64,000 bases of DNA, from assembly GCF_009914755.1 (NCBI RefSeq), contig NC_060935.1, one strand, 5' to 3'. The notes under the pieces were generated by a model, which saw only the letters and a program-made list of their open reading frames with translations, made no database searches and was not told the origin of the DNA. Source of the DNA: the human T2T-CHM13v2.0 reference genome, Homo sapiens. The translations under genes and the position numbers were made by a program. Positions 45,118-60,680 of the stretch are shown piece by piece (position 1 is the first letter of the stretch; the number at the start of each line of letters is the position of its first letter).

Positions 45118-47359
45118 AACATGTGTGTTTTGATCTAACTTTTGTTTTAAAAAAGTAGAAAACAACTTAATATATGAAAGTGCTAATGGTGACAAGACAG
45201 ATGGGATTACAGTTTAAAAGTAGCGTTTTTTTCCTGTTTGTCTACATTTTCTGATCTTTCTGAAATGAGCATGTATTGCTTTGTTATAAAAAAATAATAA
45301 ATTTTGAAAATGAAAGTATAGAGCTTGGACCTATTATGTATTATGGAAATAAATGAATGAACTGCATAGCAATTTCTGCTATCATGACATGGGATAAAAA
45401 TGTTTTAAAAGCATATTTCCCATTGCATTGTGATTTATCTTTTTACCTATCTGCCTCCCTTTAGCTGAAGATCCTCTAGGTCAAAGACTATTATTATTCA
45501 TCTTTGCTTCCCTAGCATGTAGTTCACAAATTCAGCTGGTGATGAGTAAATGTTGAGTAATTGAGTAAGCAGCACATAAAAGTGTGTCAGAAGACTTAGA
45601 TATTAGTCAGGGTATGTGTTGACAATCACATCGTCCATCTGATGTGTTGACAATCCCACCATAAAATACATCATGGTAAAAATCCAGTCCACCAGAGGAA
45701 GTCCTCGAGATGCAGCTAAGATGAAAGGTCAGGGGCCAAGGGCTGAGGGTAAATAATACATAGAAATCACAGATTTGTGTGTTGTGGGTGCTATATCAAA
45801 GACACCATCAAGTTTGGGGATCTTAGTAAGGATTGTAGGAAAACTGTAAATGAAACAGAAATAATAGTATTTTCAAGAGGGGTAAGGAAATGAATGGATA
45901 CTTGGATGCATTTTTTTTTTCTGGAGATCAATTGAAGCACACTCATCAAAGCCTTAAAAATACGCATGATTTTTGACCTAGCAATTTTATTTCTGAGAAT
46001 TTATCCTATGGAAATATTATGGACATGCACTAGAAATTAGCTCTAAAGATGTTCATCACAGTGCTATCTGTAATAACAAAAACAAACAAACAAACAAAAA
46101 ACAACCAAACAAAAACAGAAATAATGCCAATATTCAACAGCAGAAAATTGGCAAGGTAAAGTATGAAATACTCATTTAACAGAATACTTTGTGATAACTA
46201 AAAAGACACTGTAGAAATATATTTCTAGATGTGGAAGATGTCCATAATATATTGTCAAATTTTAAAAAGATGTGTTACAGAACACTATTGCAAAAATAAA
46301 AATACATAGATGGGTGAAATATGATATGTTAGTAGTGGTTTTCCCTTGAGGAAAGGGATTGTGGATTTTTTTTTCTTGAAAAAGTTTATTTTGCTTCCCT
46401 GTCCTTTCTGAGTTCTTTGTAGTGAAACTATGTTGTTCTTATATAAGAAAAAGAAGAAAAGGAAGACTTTACCAAAAACATATAAATATGAAAGCATAAT
46501 ACTAATGGGATCACAGGAGAAAGGCCTTATTTTTTGCAGCCAGCTCTTATATAGTACCTACTATGCACCATGCATATTTATTTACATTTATTAACTTGTT
46601 TTTCTCATCACAACCCTATGATCTTTTCCACTGATGAGGCAACCAAAGCACAGTGATGGTCAGTAACTTGATAAGGTCATAGAGCTAGTAGAGCCAGGAT
46701 TTGGAGCCCAAGAATCTAGCTAGTTCTAGACTCTGTGCTCTTAACAACCACTGTACTATGAGGAAAGAAATCTAGGTATGTGCCTTCTGTCATCACATCT
46801 CCATGATGTCCATTTTTCATGCCTGCTTGATTCCGGATAGGCTGAAAAGGAGTAGTGGGCCAGTTTTGATGGCACATATTAGATGCAATCTGCTATGCCC
46901 TTCAGGAGCTGGCTTTGAGGCTGATCCTAGACATAATGCAGTGGGTGAAATGTATTTTAGTGTTTCCTGCCCTGCCTACTTGCTAAATGTAATGCCTTCA
47001 CCTGCTTATTGAAACTAATAAGGTTCACTGATGGTGTCTGGAATTTTCCTGGCATATTTTTACTATGTTGAAGCCTAGTTATCTTATTCTCTTAACACTT
47101 GGCTTTGTACTAGGCAAATACTAGCAAATCTTCAGAAATAAATTAATGCTAAAATGATAATGGGCACCAGTGTGTTGCTACATCATCCTTCCAGGAAACA
47201 TGTATATGTAAATAGATGCCTTCTAAAAGTTATTTTTAATGCCAAAGAATTCATTTTCATGGTAGATATTTTGGACGTTGCAGGGAGAATATTTTAGGCA
47301 TTAAAGCTTAGCTGGCTTCACTAATAGCTGTTTCCAGTTTTCTTATCTCTTGCCAACTT

Positions 47360-47768
47360 CCCTATAAAGGCTGAGAAAACTAAATATTCACTTTCCCAGC
47401 CTCCTTGCAGCTAGGGGTGGCACAGTTCTAGACCATGAGATGTGGGCAGTGGTCTGTTGGTGGTTTGTGGAGAAAGCTTTTGCTTTTCTGATAAAAGCAA
47501 AATGTTGACACTTGTACCTTGCAATGCCTCCTCCTACCTGCCTCTGGTGCCTTAATCTTTATACTTGGTGATGTCTTGGTCATTTGTGATTGGGAGGAAG
47601 AGAACAGAAGAACTGCAGAGATGCTGGACCTGAAATTATGGGGTCACTGAATCAACGCCAGCAGTTGCCTATATCACTTTTTTAATAGGTAGAAAAATAA
47701 TCCCTATGTGTTAAACCACAGTTAGCCAGATTGTCTTTCACTTTCAGCCAAAGCATTCCTAATTGATG
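47360..47768 (+). mobile_element. MLT1-type (ERVL-MaLR) solo LTR
   Basis: TTCCCAGCCTCCTTGCAGCTAGG..AATAAT..CAGCCAAAGCATTCCTAA pattern. Confidence 0.6.
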
Positions 47769-48071
47769 TGCACATTTTCATTTTGCATTTTGCATTTCAA
47801 AATGAACTATGTGCGCATAGTTCATTTTCCTGGCTCTAGTTTTACCCAGAACATTGAAGTACGGTTCCAACACTACAGGAAGGCAAACAAAATCAAAGAC
47901 CCACCCAATTGTGGGTACCTGTTCATAGCATTTCTGAGCATGTTATACGTCCTTTACTTAATTTCTGGTGACTTTAAAAAGAAAGACAATAAGACTAAAA
48001 AATGGAGACCATTGTCTAAGATTCATCATAGGTTAAGAAATGCAATATATAGCATTAAAAATGCTATATTA

Positions 48072-48413
<342 letters not shown>

Positions 48414-48499
48414 TTATTCAGACTTTTGGTTACTATTTTTCAGTTGATAAATCCATCAGATTCTTACTAGTACATAATGCAGGAGCTAGTTGGTCGGGT

Positions 48500-48660
48500 T
48501 TATTTTCTTTCCTTTCTATTCACTTTCTTTTTAATTTTTCCTCTTTTAGTTCCTTCCTTCCCTCCCTTCTTCCTCCCTCCTTGCTTGCTTCCTTCCTTCC
48601 CTTCTCTCCTTCCTTTTCCTTCTTTCCTTTCTACCTTCTCTTCTCCCTTTTCTTTTTTAT
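48500..48660. repeat. Pyrimidine-rich (CCTT)n-like low-complexity tract
   Basis: Direct read. Confidence 0.85.
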
Positions 48661-49344
48661 ACTATAATCTCTTACAGTAAAAAATGTATAGTGTAATAAT
48701 AACGCAGCAAGCATCTCAGTCAAGATCCATGTGCTGGGCATCTTTTATTTGTCCCCTAGATCTAGCCACCATCTGACATTGATCTGGGAGACTGACCTGT
48801 GTGGATCTGTGAGCAATTTTCCCCTCTGACTTCCTCTTGGGCCTGGCTGATGGGGAGACACAGCAGGAGATTGTAGGGAGGAAAAGAGAGTGGTGTTAAG
48901 GCTTATATTCCCTTGGCTCCTAATGTGATATTACCTCTGGCTGACTGGGTTTCTCCACTAAAGGTCACTGCTCCTCTTAACATGGCAGAATCTACTTAAT
49001 TTTCTCTCCTTCTAGGAATCACATCTTTTCCTTGTCCCTTCAGGTCTAGGGATGGTCACATTAATGGTTGGCTACCATTAGCCTTAGGTTGCAAAACCAT
49101 CTCTTGTGTCTCCCCTATACCTGTACCTTTGTGATTAGCTGTCTCATAAATGAATCCTCCTTAAATGACTCTATTTTTCTTTTGTTTCTTTTTTCTTCTC
49201 TGAAACCTTTTAAAGACCACTACTCTATTTTGAGTGAGCCCTCTGTTTCCCTTTGGAAACTTGATCGATACAAACTAGATGCTGCATTGTCCAAAACAGC
49301 AGCCATTGGGCTATTTATATTTAAATTTTAAATAACTAAAATGA

Positions 49345-49653
<309 letters not shown>

Positions 49654-50369
49654 TAATATTAAAATTTATCTCCTCAGTCACACTAGCCACATTTCCAGTT
49701 CTCAGTAGCCACATATGACAAGAAGCTGTAGTGTTGGACATCTCAGATCTAGAGCAGTTTCTTCATTACAGGAAGTCCTGCTGAATAGCACCAATGGAAA
49801 TTGACAGTCCCCAGACCTCCCTTTGTATGACTTTTTATGTGATTTCTCCATCCTGCTACTTCTTCCTGTCTGCATCACTTTTTTTTCTCTCTTACATTTA
49901 TAGTAATCACATCCTTGCTTTTCTTTATAATTTTTCCACCTTTGTAAGCATCCTAAACAATGCATTTTAAGTTTGCCCATTTTCAATTTTAGTATGTAAT
50001 TTTGCAGTGTTTTTGTTGTCTTGTTTCTTGACTGTTTTTAACATCCACTCATGTGGTATGTAGCTGTTGTTTATTTGCATTGCTATATAGCATTCCATTG
50101 CATGAAAATATCACACAAAAGTTGCATTCTCCTGTTGCTGGATGTTTGGATTATTTCCAGTTTTCAGTTATTACAAACCATGTACATGTCTCTATGTATA
50201 TTCTTGTATACACAGACATACCTACATTCCTATATGTTATGTATCTGGAGTGAAATTAAATTGCTAGGTCACAGGATATGCATTGCTTCCCCATTAAAAA
50301 ATAATGCCATCTTTTTCCAAAGTGTTTGAACCCATTTACACTCCTATCAACAGTACATGAGGATACCCA

Positions 50370-50672
50370 TTTTTTTTTTTTTTGGAGACGGAGTCTCGCT
50401 CTGTCGCCCAGGCTGGAGTGCAGTGGTGTGATCTAGGCTCACTGCAAGCTCCGCCTCCCTGGTTCATGCCATCATGCCATTCTCCTGCTTCAGCCTCCTG
50501 AGTAGCTGGGACTACAGGCGCCCACCACCACGCCCGGCTAATTTTTGTATTTTTAGTAGAGACGGGGTTTCACCGTGTTAGCCACGATGGTCTCGATCTC
50601 CTGACCTCGTAATCTGCCCGCCTCGGCCTCCCAAAGTACTGGGATTACAGGCGTGAGCCACCGTGCCTGGCC
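50370..50672 (-). mobile_element. AluY nested in an old L1M relic (about 49800-52770)
   Basis: TSD GAGGATACCCATT. Confidence 0.92.
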
Positions 50673-50732
50673 GAGGATACCCATTGTTTTACACCCTCAC
50701 CAACACTTGGTATTTCAGATGGTTTACATTTT

Positions 50733-51231
50733 TTTTAAATTTAATATCCAAATTTATTTTTACCGTTTTTTTTTATTGTGCTTTAAGTTCTAGGGTACAT
50801 ATGCACAACGTGCAGGTTTGTTACATATGTATACATGTGCCATGTTGGTGTGCTGCACCCACTAACTCACCATTTACATTAGGTATATCTCCTAATGCTA
50901 TCCCTCCCCCCTCCCCCCACCCCACGACAGGCGCCAGTGTGTGATGTTCCCCACCCTGTGGGGAACGTGTGTCCAAGTGTTCTCATTGTTCAATTCCCAC
51001 CTATGAGTGAGAACATGCGGTGTTTGATTTTCTGTCCTTGTGATAGTTTGCTCAGACTAATGGTTTCCAGCTTCATCCATGTCCCTACAAAGGACATGAA
51101 CTCATCCTTTTTTATGGCTACATAGTATTCTATGGTGTGTATGTGCCACATTTTTTAAATCCAGTCTATCACTGATGGACATTTGGGTTGGTTCCAAGTC
51201 TTTGCTATTGTGAATAGTGCCGCAATAAACA
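50733..51231 (-). mobile_element. 5'-truncated L1PA
   Basis: 3'UTR homology; 18-bp TSD TCAGATGGTTTACATTTT at 50715 and 51232. Confidence 0.92.
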
Positions 51232-51829
51232 TCAGATGGTTTACATTTTAACCATTCTGATGAGTGTGTAGCGGTGTCTCACTGTGATTTTTAAATTGCA
51301 TTTTCCTTCTTACCAATGAGGTCAGCATCTTTTCAAGTCCAATTTTATTTCTTCTTACATATATAATTGAGTGTCTCAGCATTAGTATTAAAAATACTTG
51401 TCATTTTCCTCATACACTGTATTGCCACTCTGTCTAAATCAAGGTCCACATAAGTGTGAGTCTGTTTTTAGTTTCTCTTTTATGTTAGCTCTTGGTTTGT
51501 CTATCACTGTATCAATTCTACATTGTTTTAACTACTGTAGCTTTGATATCTATATATCTTGATATCTCTTAGAGCAAATCCTCTGACATTTTTCTACTTA
51601 TTCAAGATTGTCTTGGATACTTTTGGCCCTTTACATTATCATATATGTTTTAAAACCAGCTTGTCAAGTTTTAAAACAAAACAAAATCCCAAACCCTGTT
51701 GAATCTTTCAGTCAATGAATATGGTATGAATTTCCATTTAATCATGTGTCCTTTAATATACTTCAACATAGTTATAAAATTTATAATTACATTTCATAAT
51801 AATTTTTTAAAAACCTAATTTATAATTAA

Positions 51830-52172
<343 letters not shown>

Positions 52173-53725
52173 TAAAGGCACAAGACCCCTGAAGAGGCTT
52201 GAACCTTCTAAAAATGATTTATTTCTATGTACTTACCATTACTGATTCTATTGTTTATACTATCACTTTAAAAATTTAATTTTCTAATTGTTTATTTTTA
52301 GTATAGAAATGCTGTTGATTTTTGTATATTGTCTTTGTATCCAGCAACCATGCTAAACTTTCTTATTACTCCAATTATGTATCAGTAGATTCTTTTGGAT
52401 TTCCTGTGTGCATAATTATACAATCTAAAAATGATGTTTGGTTACTTCTTTTCAAATTGTTTTTTTTCTCTCTTTCTTTCTTTGCTTTACTGCACCATCT
52501 ACAGCCTTCAATATAACCAACAATGTTTAGTAAATGTTGTGATCAGTGTAATCTTTGTCTTGTTTTCAGTCTGGAAGGGAAAGCTTTTAAATGATTCACC
52601 ACTAAGTCAATTATTTGCTATGGTTTTATTTTTCCAGATACCGCCTATTAGATTAAGAGAGATTCCTTCTTTTTCCTAGTTTGTTATTTAAAAAAAAAAT
52701 TAATGGATATTAAAATTTGAGTTTTTTTTGCACCTATTGAAATGGTCATATGCACTTTTTCTCTTTAATTACATACTACCTTTAGAAATGTGTTGAATAG
52801 TTTGTGGGGCTATTTTCTAACATAAATATTTTTAAAAAATGCATCTGAGTATATCAGTTCCAGTTCTTTTGACTACAAAAATAGTATAAGCCCAAAATGG
52901 AACTTATTGTCTTGTTTAACCATAACTTCAGCACAAGTGAATGTAGTCATCAAATTATGTCACCAGGACTATTTCTTTTCATCATTATTTCTCTGTGTTG
53001 GCTTTTTCCCTGCTTTTTTTTCATGTGAGGGAAAGTAACTGCCGAAAGCCACAGGGCACCCTACTCAAGCTTTGAGTACAACAGAATGATGTTAGGCTTC
53101 TTTCTCTCAGCTTTTTAAGCAAAACTGTCATTGTATCTTATTGGCTCTCACTGGGTCATGTTCTCACCTCTAACGCCATCACCGTGCTAGTGGAATAAAA
53201 TGAACTGATCGATGATCAAGTTTTACTTACATCTTGACTACTGGAACCTAGGTTGGTGTCAACTCATCCTGGATTTCATGGATTGAGAACGGGGGAGGGT
53301 GTAGGTGGCTCCTCAGAGGAAAACTGAAGTTCAGTTAGCAGCACTAAGATAAAAGGATAGCTCCCTACATTAACCCAGATCTTTACTACTACCAGTACTC
53401 CCACTATATCTCTTGCAGGCCAATCTTACATTGCCATTGCCGATTTAATTTGGTTAATTTGGTTTATTAATTTAATTTGTTTTATTAAGTGCTAAGCATT
53501 GTGCTAAGTGCTTTAGATGAATAACTCCCATAGTTCTCACAAAAACCCTAAGAAGTAGGTACAAATATTACTCACAGTTATAAGTTAAGGCCGAACTGCT
53601 ATAGTTGAAGGAAAAGAACAGGGACTGGAACCCAAATCTATTTATCACCAAGGTCTGGATTTTTTATATTATCCAACACTGCTTTCCTAAACATCTTTTT
53701 TTTTTTGTAGTTTGGAAATGTGCAT

Positions 53726-56700
53726 CTTTTTTTTTTCGTAAGTTATTGAGGTACAGGTGGTATTTGGTTACATGAGAAAGTTCTTTAGTGGTGATTTGTG
53801 AGATTTTGGTGCACCCATCACCTGAGCAGTATACACTGCAGCATATTTGTACTCTTTTATCCCTTGCCCCTCTCGCACTGTTCCCCCAAAGTCCCCAAAG
53901 TCTATTGTATCATTCTTATGCTTTTGCATCCTTACAGCTTAGCTACCACATATCAGTGAGACCATATGATGTTTGGTTTTCCATTCCTGAGTTACTTCAC
54001 TTAGAATAATAGTCTCTAGTCTCATTCAGGTCACTGCAAATGCTGCTAATTAATTCCTTTTTATGGCTCAGTAGTATTCCATCATATATGTACATACACC
54101 ACAGTTTCTTTATCCACTCATTGATTGATGGGAATTTGGGTTGATTCCACCATTTTGCAATTGTGAATTGTGCTGCTATAAACCTGCATGTGCAAGCATC
54201 TTTTTTATATAATGACTTCTTTTCCACTGGGTAGACACACAGTAGTGGGATTGCTGGATCAAACCATAGTTCTACTTTTAGTTCTTTAAGGAATCTCCAC
54301 ACTGTTTTCCATAATGGCTGTACTAGTTTACATTCCGACCAGCAGTGTAGAAGTGTTCCCTGATCACTGCAGCCACACCAACATTTACTGTTTTTTGATA
54401 TTTTGATTATGGCCATTCTTGCAGGAGTAAGGTAGTATCGCATTGTGGTTTTGATTTGCATTTCCCTGATCATTAGTGATGTTGAACATTTTTTCATATG
54501 TTTGTTGGCCATTTGTGTATCTTCTTTTGATAATTGTCTATTCATATCCTTAGCCCACTATTTGATGGGATTGTTTTTTTTTCTTACTGATTTGTTTGAG
54601 TTCGTTGTAGATTCTGGGTATTAGTCCTTTGTCAGATGTATAGATTGTGAAGATTTTCTCCCACTCCATGGGTTGTCTGTTTACTCTGCTGGCTGTTCCT
54701 TTTGCAGTGCAAAAGTTTTTAGTCTAATTAAGTCCCAACTATTTATCTTTGTTTTTATTGCATTTGTTTTTGGGTTCTTGGTCATGAAATCCTTGCCTAA
54801 GCCTATGTCTAGAAGGGTTTTTCCAATGTTATCTTCTAGGATGTTTGTAGTTTCAGGTCTTAGGTTTAAGTCCTTAATCCATCTTGAGTTGATTTGTGTA
54901 TAAGATGAGGGATGAGGATCCAGTTTCATTCTCCTACCTGTGGCTAGCCAATTATCCCAGCACCATTTGTTGAAAAGGGTGTCCTTTCCCCACTTTATGT
55001 TTTTGTTTGCTTTGTCAAGATCAGTTGGCTGTAAGTATTTGGATTTATTTCTGGGTTCTCTATTCTGTTCCTATTCTGTATAGGTCTATGTGTCTATTTT
55101 TATACCAGTACCACATTGTTCTTCTGACTATGGCCTTATAGTAGAGTTTGAAATCAGGTAGTGTGATGCCTCCAGATTTGTTCTTTTTGCTTAGTCTTGC
55201 TTTGGCTATGCTGGCTCCTTTTTGGTTCCATATAAATTTCAGAATTGTTTTTCTAATTCTGTGAAGAATGATGGTGGTATTTTGATGGGGATTGCATTGA
55301 ATTTGTAGATTGCTTTTGGCAGTGTGGTCATTTTCATAATATTGATTCTACCTATCCATGAGCATGGGATGTGTTTCCATTTGTTTGTGTCATCTGTGAT
55401 TTCTTTCAGCAGTGTTTTGTAGTTTCTCTTGTAGAGGTCTTTTGACTCCTTGGTTAGGTATATTGCTAAGTATTTTATTTTATTTTTGCAGCTATTGTAA
55501 AAGGGTTGAGTTCTGATTTGATTCTCCACTTGGTCACTATTCGTGTATAGAAGAGCTACTGATTTGTGTACATGAGTCTTGTATCCAGAAACTTTGTTGG
55601 ATTCTTTTATCCATTCTAGGAGCTTTCTGGAGGAGTCTTTAGGGTTTTCAAGGTACATAATCATATCATCAGCAAACAGTGACAGTTTGACTTCCTCTTT
55701 ACCAATTTGGATTCCTTTTATCTCTTTCTCTTGTCTGATTGCTCTGGCTAGGACTTCCAGTACTGTGTTGAAGAAGAGTGGTGAGAGTGGGCATCCTTGT
55801 CTTGTTCCAGTTCTCAGAGGGAATGCTTTCAGCTTCTCAGAGGGAATGCTTTCAACTTTTCCCCATTTGGTATTATGTTGACTGTGGGTTTGTCATAGTT
55901 GGCTTTTATTACATTTTTATACATACAAGGTGTGTTCCTTGTATGCTGATTTTGCTGAGAGTTTTAATCATAAAGGGATGCTGGATTTTGTTGAATCCTT
56001 TTTCTGCATCCATTGAGATGATCATGTGATTTTTTGTTTTTAATTCTGCTTATGTGGTGTATCACGTTTATTCACTTGTGTATTTTAAACCATTCCTGCA
56101 TCCCTGGTATGAAACCCACTTGATCATGGTGGATTATCTTTTTGATATGCTGTTGGATTCAGTTAGGTAGTATTTTGTTAAGGATGTCAGCATCTATGTT
56201 CATCAAGGATATCGGTCTATCGTTTTGTTTTTTGGTTATGCCCTTTCCTGGTTTTGGTATTAGGGTGACACTGGCTTCATAGAATGAATTAGGGAGGGTT
56301 CCTTCTTTCTTTATCTTGTGGAATAGTGTCAAAAAGATTGGTACCAATTCTTCTTTGAATGTCTGGTAGAATTCTGCTGTGAACCCATTTGGTCTTGGAC
56401 TTTCTTTTGTTGGTAATTTTTAAATTGCCATTTCAATCTTGCTGCTTTTTATTGGTCTGTTCAGGGTATCTAATTCTGCCTGATTTAAGCTAGGAGGGTT
56501 GTATTTTTCCAGGAATGTATCCATCTCTTCTAGTTTTCTAGTTTATATGTGTAAAGGTTTCATAGTAGCCTTGAATGATCTTTTATATTTCAGTGGTGTC
56601 AGTTGTAATATTGCCTGTTTCATTTCTTAGTGAGGTTATTTGGATTTTCTCTCTTCTTTTCTTGGTTAATCTTGCTAATGGTCTAGCAATCTTATTTATC

Positions 56701-59700
56701 TTTTCAAAGAACCAGATTTTTGTTTCATTTATCTTTTGTATTTTTTAGTGTGTTTCAATTTCGTTTACTTCTGCTCTGATCTTGGTTATTTCCTTTCTTC
56801 TGCTGGGTTTGGGTTTGGTTTGTTCTTGCTTCTCTAGTTCCTTGAGGTGCAACCTTTGATTGTCTGTTTGTGCTCTTCCAGAATTTTTGATGTAGGGGTT
56901 TAGGGCTATAAACTTTCTTTTAGCACTACCTTTGCTGTATCCCAGAGGTTTTGGGAGGGTATATCATTATTGTTGTTCAGTTTGAATAATTTTTTAATTT
57001 CCATCTTGATTTCGTTTTGGACCCAATGCTCGTTCGGGAGCAGGTTATTTATTTTCCATGTATTTGCATGGTTTTGAAGGTTCCTTTTGGAGTTGATTTC
57101 CAGTTGTATTCCACTGTGGTTTGAGAGAGTGCTTACATAATTTCAATTTTCTTAAATTTATTGAGGTTTGTTTTATGGCCTATCATATGGTCTATCTTGG
57201 AGGAGGTTCTATGCACTGTTAAATAGAATGTATATTCTGCAGTTGTTGGATGAAATGTTCTGTATATATCTGTTAAGTCCATTTGTTCCAAAGTATAGTT
57301 TAAATCCATTGTTTCTTTGTTGGCTTTCTGTCTTGATGACCTGTCTAGTGCTGTCAGTGGTGTATTGAAGTCCCCCACTATTATTGCGTTGCTGTCTATC
57401 TCATTTCTTCAGTCTATTAGTAACTGTTTTATAAATTTGGGAGCTCCAGTGTTAGGTGCATATATGTTTAGGACTGTGATATTTTCCTGTTGGACAAGGC
57501 CTTTTACCATTACATAATGTCCCTCTTTGTCTCTTTTAACTGCTGTTGATTTAAAGTTTGTTTTGTCTGTTATAAGAGTAGCTACTCCTGCTCACTTTTG
57601 GTGTCCATTTGCATGAAATGCCTTTTTCCACCCCTTTACTTTAAGTTTATGTGAGTCCTTACATGTTAGGTGAGTCCTGAAGGCAGCAGATTATTGGTTG
57701 GTGAGTTTTTATGCATTCTGCAGTTCTGTATCTTTTAAATGGAGCATTTAGGTTATTTACATTCAATGTTAGTATTAAAATGGGAGGTACTGTTGCATTC
57801 ATTGTGCTATTTGTTGCCTGTGTACTTTGTGTTTTTTTTGTTTTTGCTTTTAACCTGTATTTTTGTTTTATAGGTCCTGTGTGATTTATGCTTTAAAGAG
57901 GTTATGTATTGATGTGTTTCCAGGATTTGTTTCAACATTTAGAGTTCCTTTTTAGTAGTTCTTGTAGTGCTGGTTTGGTAGTGGCAAATTCTCTTGACAT
58001 GTATGTGTTTGTCTGAAAAAGACTGTATCTTTCCTTCATATGTGATGCTTAGTTTTGCTGGATATAAAATTCTTGGCTGATAATTGTTTTATTTGAGGAG
58101 GCTGAAGATAGGGCCCCAATCCCTTCCAGCTTGTAAGGTTTCTGCTGAGAAATCTGCTGTTAATCTGATAGGTTTTTCTTTATAGGTTACTTGGTGCTTC
58201 TGTCTCAGAGCTCTTAAGACTATTTCCTTTGTCTTAACTTTGGATAACCTGAAGATAATGTGCCTAGGTTATGATCTTTTTGTGATGAATTTCCCAGGTG
58301 TTCTTTTTGCTTCTTGTGTTTGGATGTCTAGGTCTCTAGCAAGGCTGGGGAATTTTCCTTGATTATTCCCCCAAGTATGTTTTCCAAGGTTTTAGAATTC
58401 TCTTCTTCCTCAGGAACACCAATTATTCTTAGGTTTGGTCATTTAACGTAATCTCAGACCTCTTAGATGCTTTGTTCGTATTTTCTTATTCTTTTTCCTT
58501 TGTGTGTATTGGATTGGGTTAATTCAAAGACCTTGTCTTTGAGCTCTGAATTTCTTTCTTCTACTTGTTCAGTTCTATTGCTGAGACTTTCCAGAGCATT
58601 TTGCATTTCTGTAAGTATGTCCAATGTTTCCTGAATTTTTGATTGTCTTTTTCTTTAAGCTATTTATTTCCTTGAATATTTCTCCCTTTACTTCTTGTAT
58701 CTTTTTTTTAGATTTCCTTGCACTGGGCTTTGCCTTTCTCTGGTGCCTCCCTGATTAGCTTAATAACTAACCTCCTGAATTCTTTTTCAGGTAAATCAGG
58801 GATTTCTTCTTGATTTGGATCCAGTTCTGTTGACCTAGTGTGATTTTTGGGGGATGTTAACGAGGCTTGTTTTGTCATATTACCAGGGTTGGTTTTCTGG
58901 TTCCTTCTCATTTGCATAGGCTCTGTCAGAGGGAAGGTCTTGAGCTGAATACTCTTGTTCAGATTCTTTTGTCCCATGGGGTGTTCTCTTGATGTAGACT
59001 GTCTCCCTTTTCCTATGGACGTGGCTTTCTGTGAGCTAAACTGCAGTGATTATTGTTTCTTTCCCGGTCTAGCCACCCAGAAAGTCTACCCAGCTCTGGG
59101 CTGGTACTGGGGGTTGTCTGCAGAGTCCTGTGATGTGAACTGTCTATGGGTCTCTCAGCTGTGGATGCCAGTGCCTGTTCCGGTGGAGGTGGCGGGGTGG
59201 TGCAATGGGCTTCATGAGGGTTCTTAGCTTTGGTGGTTTAATGCTCTATTTTGTGCTGGTTGGCTTCCTGCTGGGAGGTGGTACTTTCCAGAGATCATCA
59301 GCTGTGGTAGTATGGAGAGGTAGTGGTGGTGGGTGGGGCCCTAGAACTCCCAAGATTATATGCCCTTTGTCTTCTACTACCAGGGTGGGAGGAGAAGGAC
59401 CATCAGCTGGGGGCAGCGCTAGGCATGTCTAAGCTCAGACTCTCCTTGGGTGGGTCTTGCTATGGCTGCTGTGGCAGATGGGGGTGAGATTCCCAGGTCA
59501 CTGGAATTGTATACCTAAGAAATATTATGGCTGCCTCTGCTGAGTCATGCAGGTTGTCAGGGTACTTGGGGAAAGCCGGCAGTCACAGGCCTCACCCAGC
59601 TCCCATGCAAACCAAAGGGCTGGTCTCACTCCCACTGTGCCCCCACCCCAACCCCAATAGCCCCAAGTCTGTTTCCAGGCAGAGGGCAAGACAGGCTTGA

Positions 59701-60333
59701 AAACCTGCTTCAGGCTACAGCCTCCCAGCTGTGAAAGGAAAGGGCTTGGTTCTTCCCCCAACTGTGGAATCTGCACACCGGATTTGTGCCCTCCCCCAAG
59801 TTCTGGCCAGGAGGCTTTTCGCCCTATTCAAATCGTTTCACAGTTCAGCTAGAGATTTCCTTCTCCCTGTGGAGTTTTACCCCCACAACCCCACTCCTCT
59901 GGCTGCTCTGCCGATGGATCCCCATGGTGCCAGGCAGGAATGGCCCTCTCGGGGACCCAGTGAGCTACCAGGGCCTTTCTGCTGCTTCCTCTACCCCTAT
60001 ATTTTGCTCGGCTCTCTAAATTGACTCAGCTCTAGGTAAAGTTGGAAACTTCTCCTGCAAACATACTTTCAGCTTCTCCAGTGGGGGGGTGTGTGTTCAG
60101 GAGAGGAGGCTCTCCCTTTCCCACTTCCACAGTTGGGGCACCCACAGTATTTGGGGTGTCTCCCATGTCCTGCAGGAGCAGTCCGCTTCCTTCAGAGGGT
60201 CTGTGGGTCCTCTTGGGATTGCTGGTTTGTTCTTACAGTTAATTTGGAGCTAAAATTCACAACGTGTGTCTCCGCAAGCTTCTATGTCCGGAGCTGCAAT
60301 CTAGTCTTGCCTCCCATCTGCCATGATGATCCT
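53726..60333 (-). mobile_element. Full-length degenerate L1PB (5'UTR, ORF1, ORF2, 3'UTR), about 6.6 kb, non-coding
   Basis: Collinear remnants: ORF1 N-terminus (58708-58977), endonuclease GDFNTPL (57133-57378), RT (55239-56347), C-terminal (53997-54929); 5' end GGATCATCATGGCAGATGGGAGGCAAGACTAG. Confidence 0.92.
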
Positions 60334-60388
60334 ATTGCCCGCTAGACACCGAATTCTAAAATACAAGGATATTAAAATTGGTAAATGT

Positions 60389-60680
60389 GGCCAGGCACAG
60401 TGGCTCACGCCTGTAATCCCAGCACTTTGGGAGGCCGAGGTGGGCAGATCACCTGAAGTCAGGAGCTCGAGACCAGCCTGGCCAATGTGGTGAAACCCCA
60501 TCTCTACTAAAAATAAAAAAATTAGCTAAGCATGGGGTCTCACGCCTGTAGTCCTAGCTACTCAGGAGGTTGAGATACAAGAATCGCTTGAGCCATGAAG
60601 GCACAGTTTGCAGTGAGTGAGATCGTGCCACTGGACTCCAGCCTGGGAGACAGAGCCAGACCCTGTCTTAAAAAAAAAAG
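60389..60680 (+). mobile_element. AluS
   Basis: Full dimer. Confidence 0.9.

Noticed and set aside
48730-49270. Possible ERVL-type LTR relic (also about 52830-53330)
   Set aside because: Too diverged to assign by eye; needs RepeatMasker.
53997-58977. Reverse transcriptase/endonuclease ORFs as an active or novel retroelement
   Set aside because: Fragmented by many stops and frameshifts; an ordinary dead L1.
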